From an uncultured virus (IMG/VR IMGVR_UViG_3300009104_000003) (lineage: Duplodnaviria > Heunggongvirae > Uroviricota > Caudoviricetes): a stretch of DNA of 64,000 nucleotides. Of the stretch, positions 58,729 to 64,000 are shown one piece after another; positions within the stretch are counted from its first letter, which is position 1, and each line of letters opens with the position of its first letter. The translations under genes and the position numbers were made by a program. The notes under the pieces are model-generated. The model was given only the letters and a program-made list of their open reading frames with translations. It did no database searches and had not been told where the DNA came from. The stretch lies in the IMG/VR virus record IMGVR_UViG_3300009104_000003. The stretch is one strand, 5' to 3'.

Positions 58729-58736
58729 TATTTATA
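58729..58736 (-). promoter_or_regulatory. T4-type late promoter TATAAATA (for gp48 operon)
   Basis: Exact consensus on minus strand in divergent gap. Confidence 0.75.
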
Positions 58737-59188
58737 TGAGTTACAAAGGCAGATACAAAATTACTAAACCAGAGAAATATGTTGGGGATTCTACCAATGT
58801 TGTATATCGTTCTCTCTGGGAAAGACAATCATTTAAATGGTGTGAGAACAATCCAAACGTTAAAGCATGGAATAGTGAAGAGGTAGTTATACCATACATT
58901 GCACGAGAAGATAAAAGAATGCATCGTTATTTCGTAGATCTATTAATAGAAATGAAAAATGGTGATACATTTCTAATAGAAATTAAACCTAAAAGCCAAA
59001 CAAAACCCCCTAAACAACCTAAGAGAAAGACCAAAAAGTATCTTAAAGAAGTTATGACCTATGTGAAAAATCAAGATAAGTGGGAAGCAGCTGATAAGTT
59101 TGCTCAACATAAAGGTTGGAAATTTCAAGTCTGGACAGAAGATACTTTGAAAAATTTAGGCATCAAACTTCTGAAGTCCCAGGTATAA
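58736..59188 (+). CDS. gp4: Head completion nuclease
   Basis: Start corrected to MSYKGRY; KY.GD...VVYRSLWER, W.SEE..IPY, HRYF.D, IEIKP, NQ.KW.AA. Confidence 0.92.
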   Translation: MSYKGRYKITKPEKYVGDSTNVVYRSLWERQSFKWCENNPNVKAWNSEEVVIPYIAREDKRMHRYFVDLLIEMKNGDTFLIEIKPKSQTKPPKQPKRKTKKYLKEVMTYVKNQDKWEAADKFAQHKGWKFQVWTEDTLKNLGIKLLKSQV

Positions 59189-59191
59189 ATA
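59184..59191 (+). promoter_or_regulatory. T4-type late promoter TATAAATA (for gp2)
   Basis: Exact consensus overlapping gp4 stop, 5 nt upstream of gp2 ATG. Confidence 0.8.
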
Positions 59192-59196
59192 GATAT

Positions 59197-59790
59197 ATGG
59201 CAAGTTTATTTGATACATTACAAGCTGGAGCATATAGAGCTAATATAGTTCCTAGAACTAAGAAATCTAGGGCTTGGTTTCAAGCGCGCGTACGTGAGCT
59301 CGGGGACGTATCTAGAGCTAAAATAATGAAAGATGATCAGCTGAAAGTACGTGCTCAACCCAAGATAGGTGATATGTGTATGTATGTTTATGATCCTAAA
59401 TTAAAAGCCGAATTACCATATTACGATAAATTCCCTATGTCAATAATGGTACAACCAGCACCAGGGGGATTTCATGCATTGAATTTGCATTATCTTTCTC
59501 CAGGAGTAAGAGCTTTATTTCTAGATGAATTAATGGGATTAGCACCTAAAAAATTAGCAGAAACAACTAGACTAACAAGATTAAAATATGATCTATTAAA
59601 AGGTGCAACAAAATATAAAGAATTTAAACCTTGTTTTAAACATTATCTTATGTCACATGTTAAATCTAAAATTAATAGAGTACCAATGACCGAATGGGAA
59701 ATTGCAGTATTCTTACCAGTAGATGAATTCAAAAAAGTATCTCGAGATACTGTTTGGAGATATTCTAGAAAATCTATATACGGAAAATAA
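59197..59790 (+). CDS. gp2: DNA end protector protein
   Basis: Start corrected to MASLFD; YDPK.K..LPYYD.FP, LNLHYL.P..R, FKPC.KHYL, W.IA.FLP. Confidence 0.92.
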   Translation: MASLFDTLQAGAYRANIVPRTKKSRAWFQARVRELGDVSRAKIMKDDQLKVRAQPKIGDMCMYVYDPKLKAELPYYDKFPMSIMVQPAPGGFHALNLHYLSPGVRALFLDELMGLAPKKLAETTRLTRLKYDLLKGATKYKEFKPCFKHYLMSHVKSKINRVPMTEWEIAVFLPVDEFKKVSRDTVWRYSRKSIYGK

Positions 59791-59798
59791 ACATACAG

Positions 59799-60443
59799 AT
59801 GGCTAATTCAATAGAAGATTTAAAAGCAAGTATATCTAAACATGGTGGATTAGTACCAGCAAATAGATTTAATATAATCTTTACTCCTCCACAAATTTCT
59901 CTTATAAATTTAAACCCTACTAATTTAATAGGAAGTTTAATATCCGGATCATTCAGTGCAAAAAGTTTAATTAATGATCCAAGAGATATAACTTTATTGT
60001 GTAAAACTGCTTCTTTACCAGGGCAACAAATAAATACTCTGGATTATCAAGCACACAAAGAATCAAGAAAAATGCCTAACGCAGCAACACAAGAAGATAT
60101 ATCTACAGTTTTTTACGTTACCAGCGACATGTATATTAAGACAATGTTTGATGGCTGGTTAGACGCTATATTCGACAGAGAAAATTATCACGTCGGATTT
60201 AAAGATGAATTCAGTACTGATGTAACTATACAGCAGTTGAATAAAGAAAATAGACCTGTTTATGGAGTAAGATTGCGAAATGCATTTCCTACTTCTGTAG
60301 GAGGTCTTGGCCTGGATCATAGTAGTGAAAATACTATGCAGGAGTTAACGGTTAGCTGGTCCTATGATAAATGGGTACCAGAGAATGCGATAACATCGAC
60401 TCTTGGTGGTGGACTAAGAGCGATTAAAAATTTAATTTCATAA
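59799..60443 (+). CDS. gp54: Baseplate tail-tube initiator (gp54-like, tube fold)
   Basis: GG....NRF, LC..ASLPG, F..W...I, L..AFP.S, LTV.W.Y..W; synteny between gp2 and gp26. Confidence 0.75.
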   Translation: MANSIEDLKASISKHGGLVPANRFNIIFTPPQISLINLNPTNLIGSLISGSFSAKSLINDPRDITLLCKTASLPGQQINTLDYQAHKESRKMPNAATQEDISTVFYVTSDMYIKTMFDGWLDAIFDRENYHVGFKDEFSTDVTIQQLNKENRPVYGVRLRNAFPTSVGGLGLDHSSENTMQELTVSWSYDKWVPENAITSTLGGGLRAIKNLIS

Positions 60444-60461
60444 TAATTGGAGAATAAAATT

Positions 60462-61172
60462 ATGGCTTTACCAAAACTTGATGTGCCTCGTTATCCGGTG
60501 ACAATTCCGTCAACGGGAGAGGAATACATTATGAGACCTTATTTAGTTAAGGAAGAAAAGGTCTTATTGTTAGCTATGGAATCTCAGGATCCCAAACAAA
60601 TAGCATTAGCAATAAGAAATTTAATAAGTAATTGCATTGAAGGTGAAATTAATATTGATTCTCTTGCAGGGTTTGATATTGAAAAACTTTTCTTAGAATT
60701 GAGAGGAATCTCAGTTGGAGAAAAGATTCAATTACAAACTAAATGCCAAGCTGAGGAGTGTGAACACCCTAATGGCGTTGAGATCGATATTAAAGATATT
60801 CAATTAAAGGATTATAATCCAGATGACTCAATAATTAAGCTTTCAGAAGATGTTGGCGTAACTATGAGATACCCAACCATTGATTTATTAAATGATATGG
60901 AAGGTGATTTGGATTCATTAGATACTTTAATGAATATTGTAACATCATGTATTAATACTATTTTTGATAATGAAAATATTTACGATTGTAAAAAAGAAAA
61001 TATTAAAGAAGTTCAAGACTTTGTTGATAATTTAACTTCTGATCAATTTAAATTGATAAGTAGTTTCTTTCAAAATACTCCGGTATTAGAATACGACTTA
61101 AGATTTAATTGTGAAAAATGTGAGCACGAAAGTTCATATGAACTGAGAGGGCTCCAAAGTTTTTTTACGTAG
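60462..61172 (+). CDS. gp26: Baseplate hub assembly protein
   Basis: Start corrected to MALPKL (SD GGAG); RPYLVKEEKVLLLAMES, FDIE.LFL.LR..SVGE, MRYP, terminal GLQSFF. Confidence 0.92.
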   Translation: MALPKLDVPRYPVTIPSTGEEYIMRPYLVKEEKVLLLAMESQDPKQIALAIRNLISNCIEGEINIDSLAGFDIEKLFLELRGISVGEKIQLQTKCQAEECEHPNGVEIDIKDIQLKDYNPDDSIIKLSEDVGVTMRYPTIDLLNDMEGDLDSLDTLMNIVTSCINTIFDNENIYDCKKENIKEVQDFVDNLTSDQFKLISSFFQNTPVLEYDLRFNCEKCEHESSYELRGLQSFFT

Positions 61173-61192
61173 GCCTCTCACATGAGAGCATC

Positions 61193-61345
61193 ATGAATCA
61201 TTATCAAACTAACTTTGCGTTGGTACAACATCACAAATATAGTTTGAATGAATTGGAAAACATGATACCGTGGGAGCGCGATGTTTACGTTACAATGTTA
61301 AAAGATCATATAGAGGAAGAACTGGAAAAACAGAGGAATAAGTAA
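61193..61345 (+). CDS. gp51: Baseplate hub assembly catalyst (50 aa from ATG; possibly expressed as frameshift fusion to gp26)
   Basis: Not in ORF track. MNHYQTNFALVQHHKYSLNELENMIPWERDVYVTML..., the NF.L.QHHKYSL...MIPWER motif of gp51. Confidence 0.88.
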   Translation: MNHYQTNFALVQHHKYSLNELENMIPWERDVYVTMLKDHIEEELEKQRNK

Positions 61346-61731
61346 TGGCAGAACACGATAGATTTCATGGCGATATGAGCCGGAATGAAGTGGAAATGGA
61401 CTTATCAAAGTTCATGGAAATGCTTGCGGAGAATGGAAAATTAAAAGATAGGATAAGAGAATTAGAAGATATACATGATCAAAATCCATGGCAAAAATGG
61501 ATTTACCTATCTAAAATGATCGATTCTTGGCGTATATGGCCAAGAGCATTCTTAAGTGTTTACATATTTTTAATATATTATGTAGTAATGTGGTTCTTAG
61601 ATCTAGAGGCTCCAACAATGGAACAATCTGGATTACTATCAATATTGGTAGGTGCAGGAGCAGCATGGTTTGGATTGTATGTTAACAGCGCAGCAAAAGA
61701 TCATGCGGCAGATATATCAATCAAAAAATAG
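61345..61731 (+). CDS. Membrane protein with two predicted TM helices (128 aa)
   Basis: DSWRIWPRAFLSVYIFLIYYVVMWF and QSGLLSILVGAGAAWFGLY hydrophobic segments; TAATG coupled to gp51. Confidence 0.7.
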   Translation: MAEHDRFHGDMSRNEVEMDLSKFMEMLAENGKLKDRIRELEDIHDQNPWQKWIYLSKMIDSWRIWPRAFLSVYIFLIYYVVMWFLDLEAPTMEQSGLLSILVGAGAAWFGLYVNSAAKDHAADISIKK

Positions 61732-61739
61732 GAAAATAA

Positions 61740-63794
61740 ATGGCTGACGATAAAACAGATGCTGAAAGCCAAAGAGGTAAAACAGGTAAATCAAAGCCTG
61801 ACCCAGTCTCGGGTAGTACTCAAAAAGAATTACTATCTGAAATAAAAGAAACTCTGATTAAACAATCAGAGAACCTTGGCGAATCCCTAGGAAGAGATAC
61901 GATTAATGTTCGTAGACATCTCCTTGAAATGAAGAATATGACTGCTGCGCAGTTAGAAAATCAAAAAGCCCTTAATAAAACCTTCGGTGCTCAACTTGAA
62001 AATGAAGAGGAAAAGCTAGAAGGAGAATCAGTTGAAGGTCTTAAAGAGGAAGAAAAATCCGATGATATGCAAAAGATCTTTGAGGATATAAGAGATTCTC
62101 TAAAAGGACAACCAGAAGCTTTAGCTAAAGAAGGATCAAAAGAATCCGGAAAATTAGCTGAAGGTCTAATGGGTGGTATGGGCAAGATGCTGGGCGGCTT
62201 AGGTATAGGTGTTGGAGCTGCTGGACTCGGAGCTGCAGCTGTTATAGGAGCAGGAGCTTATCTATTAAATGTATTAGATGATATAGATTCTGAAAAGATA
62301 AAAGAAAATGTTGCAAACCTATTAAGTATTAGTGATCTAGTTGAAGCAGATGGGGATTCATTTATAGGAGAAGGAAGTAAATTCTTCTTAGCCATGCTTG
62401 GTTTAGGCCTTGGATTAGCAGCATTTGCAATAGGTTCGGCCGCGACCATGGGCGCGTCAGCTTTAAGTCCAGTAGTAGAAAAATTTACAGGAAAGAAATG
62501 GACTGATGATGTTAAAGATAATGTTATAACCCTTTTAAGTATATCTGATGAAGTAGGTGGTGCTGGTGAAATGCTTAAAGATGGTGGTGCATTCTTCCTT
62601 GCAATGACTGGTTTAGGTCTTGGATTAACAGCTTTTGCTATTGGTCAAGGAGCTTCAGCAGTTGCCTCAGGACTTTCGGCCGGTGTAGAGATGTTTACAA
62701 AAGAAGGAGACTGGGCAGAAAAGATAAAGAAAGATGTTATAACATTATTATCTATTTCAAAAGAGCTAGGTGGTGCTAAAAATCTTATGGGAGAAAGCGG
62801 TGCATTCTTCCTTGCAATGACAGGTCTTGGATTAGGTTTAGTAGCATTTGCAATTGGTAAAGCTGGATCCGGTGTTGGTGATGCAATTACATTGTTCCAA
62901 GGTGAAAATTTTGCAGAGGATATTAAAGCAGAAGTAGAAACACTATTATCCATATCACAAATAGAAGGAATGGGTTGGGATACAACTAAATTCATAGCTG
63001 TTATGGGTGGATTAGCTGCAGGTCTAGTAGCATTTTCTTATGGTAAAGGCATGGCTGGATTAGCTGATGCAATAACTAAATTCTCAGCTGGTGATAATTT
63101 TGCTGAAGATATTAAAAGAGAAGTAGCAACACTATTAACCATTGGTGATTTACCTTCAGCAACATTAGAAAAAACTACAAAAACAACTGCCATATTAGTA
63201 GAATTAGCTGCAGGTCTAGCTGCCTTTGGCGGTGGTACATTTATTGGAGCATTAGGTCAAGCCATGGCAGCTGTTGTAAAATTCTTTTCAGGTGAAAAAG
63301 GTCCAGTAGAACAAGCGCTTATCTTAGCAAATAATGCTGATCAAATTGATAAAGGAGTTGATTCTTTAGAAAGATTTAGAAATGTTTTAACTGATTTCCA
63401 AGGATTAGGTGATATAACATTTGATATGGATACGGAGCAAATGGCTGAGGATCTATTGGACGCTACAAAGGTATTTGAGGTAGCTTTAGAAGGTGGAATT
63501 GATTATAGAGGATTCAATACAGAAGTTAAGGGATTACTTAATATAGAAGGAATAGATAGGGTTACTGAAGAAATTAATCTATTAAAATCCTTATTTGCTC
63601 CAATTCAGACTACTGGTTTAGAATTAGTTGCTGCTGGTAATCCTGCTTTAGCGACTGCCGGAGGACCTACTTCTGTTGATCAATCTGTCTTCTCACCAAC
63701 AAGTTTAACTACTAGTACAAACATCACTAATTTAGCTTCTATACATTCAACACCAGATTCATCTGATACGACTAATTCTTTAAAGATTGGATAA
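61740..63794 (+). CDS. Probable tape measure protein (gp29-like), 684 aa
   Basis: Charged helical N-terminus followed by repeated Gly/Ala-rich hydrophobic units (FFLAM.GLGLGL.AFAIG, V.TLLSI); position after gp26/gp51. Confidence 0.65.
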   Translation: MADDKTDAESQRGKTGKSKPDPVSGSTQKELLSEIKETLIKQSENLGESLGRDTINVRRHLLEMKNMTAAQLENQKALNKTFGAQLENEEEKLEGESVEGLKEEEKSDDMQKIFEDIRDSLKGQPEALAKEGSKESGKLAEGLMGGMGKMLGGLGIGVGAAGLGAAAVIGAGAYLLNVLDDIDSEKIKENVANLLSISDLVEADGDSFIGEGSKFFLAMLGLGLGLAAFAIGSAATMGASALSPVVEKFTGKKWTDDVKDNVITLLSISDEVGGAGEMLKDGGAFFLAMTGLGLGLTAFAIGQGASAVASGLSAGVEMFTKEGDWAEKIKKDVITLLSISKELGGAKNLMGESGAFFLAMTGLGLGLVAFAIGKAGSGVGDAITLFQGENFAEDIKAEVETLLSISQIEGMGWDTTKFIAVMGGLAAGLVAFSYGKGMAGLADAITKFSAGDNFAEDIKREVATLLTIGDLPSATLEKTTKTTAILVELAAGLAAFGGGTFIGALGQAMAAVVKFFSGEKGPVEQALILANNADQIDKGVDSLERFRNVLTDFQGLGDITFDMDTEQMAEDLLDATKVFEVALEGGIDYRGFNTEVKGLLNIEGIDRVTEEINLLKSLFAPIQTTGLELVAAGNPALATAGGPTSVDQSVFSPTSLTTSTNITNLASIHSTPDSSDTTNSLKIG

Positions 63795-63856
63795 TAAGAT
63801 TTGGTGTGTTCCTTTTCTCAGGCTATCACTTTATATATACGTTTTGAATTCCTAAG

Positions 63857-63893
63857 AAAAAGGGATTCGGATTTACGGTCACGAACCCCTTTT
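63857..63893. terminator. Probable bidirectional terminator between convergent tape measure and gp32
   Basis: AAAAAGGGATTCG...CGAACCCCTTTT imperfect hairpin flanked by A and T tracts. Confidence 0.6.
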
Positions 63894-63936
63894 AAAGTTT
63901 AGAATTGACTACGATAGAGTATACTAAACCCGTGTA

Positions 63937-64000
63937 CTATGATTCGTTTGCTAGTTTAGCAAAATAACTCAAAGTATCATCTTCTTCAGAAGAAGATTCA
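63937..64000 (-). CDS. gp32: Single-stranded DNA-binding protein, C-terminal end
   Basis: Minus-strand translation ...ESSSEEDDTLSYFAKLANES*, the characteristic gp32 C-terminus of environmental T4-like phages. Confidence 0.85.
   Translation of the reverse strand, partial: ESSSEEDDTLSYFAKLANES

Noticed and set aside
58514..58735. N-terminal extension of gp4 given by the ORF track
   Set aside because: Overlaps gp48 antisense; the conserved MSYKGRY start is at 58736
59116..59196. N-terminal extension of gp2 given by the ORF track
   Set aside because: Overlaps gp4; the late promoter at 59184 and MASLFD start point to 59197
1344..62995. Numerous opposite-strand and alternative-frame ORFs in the track (e.g. 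1344-1667, 2857-3255, 6177-6530, 19240-19620, 37328-37888, 39944-40597, 62645-62995)
   Set aside because: They lie fully within well-supported genes, lack SD/promoter context and read as antisense shadows of Ala/Gly/Thr-rich codons
63795..63936. Possible ncRNA/tRNA in the terminal intergenic gap
   Set aside because: No cloverleaf or recognisable family; only a terminator-like hairpin can be supported

Overview
This window is an AT-rich, almost entirely coding segment of a T4-like myovirus genome (marine/freshwater cyanophage/pelagiphage-type gene order) covering most of the virion morphogenesis region. On the minus strand, read right to left: gp48, gp53, hub, gp5, gp25, gp6, gp7, gp8, a VrlC/DUF4815-like protein, a ~26 kb block of tail fibre/adhesin genes (three with C-terminal intramolecular chaperones), an inserted ATP-grasp + 2OG-Fe(II) oxygenase pair, gp13-gp23, two small ORFs and gp3. 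On the plus strand: gp4, gp2, gp54, gp26, gp51, a membrane protein and a probable tape measure. The 3' end of gp32 closes the window. Many T4 late promoters (TATAAATA) are visible. I saw no tRNA, CRISPR, intron/intein or reverse transcriptase. The most striking unexplained signals are: (1) short CG/CGCG-saturated islands written synonymously into coding sequence every few kb, with an internal control where the same peptide is encoded once with AT-ending and once with GC-ending codons; (2) a candidate -1 programmed frameshift fusing gp26 to gp51 upstream of the tape measure, analogous to lambda gpG/gpGT; (3) five genes whose ATG lies exactly 5 nt after a late promoter (leaderless mRNAs); (4) a perfectly duplicated terminator+late promoter unit flanking a small gene cassette; (5) a PurD-like ATP-grasp ligase plus oxygenase embedded among virion genes. 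All family assignments come from motif recognition and synteny, not database searches.
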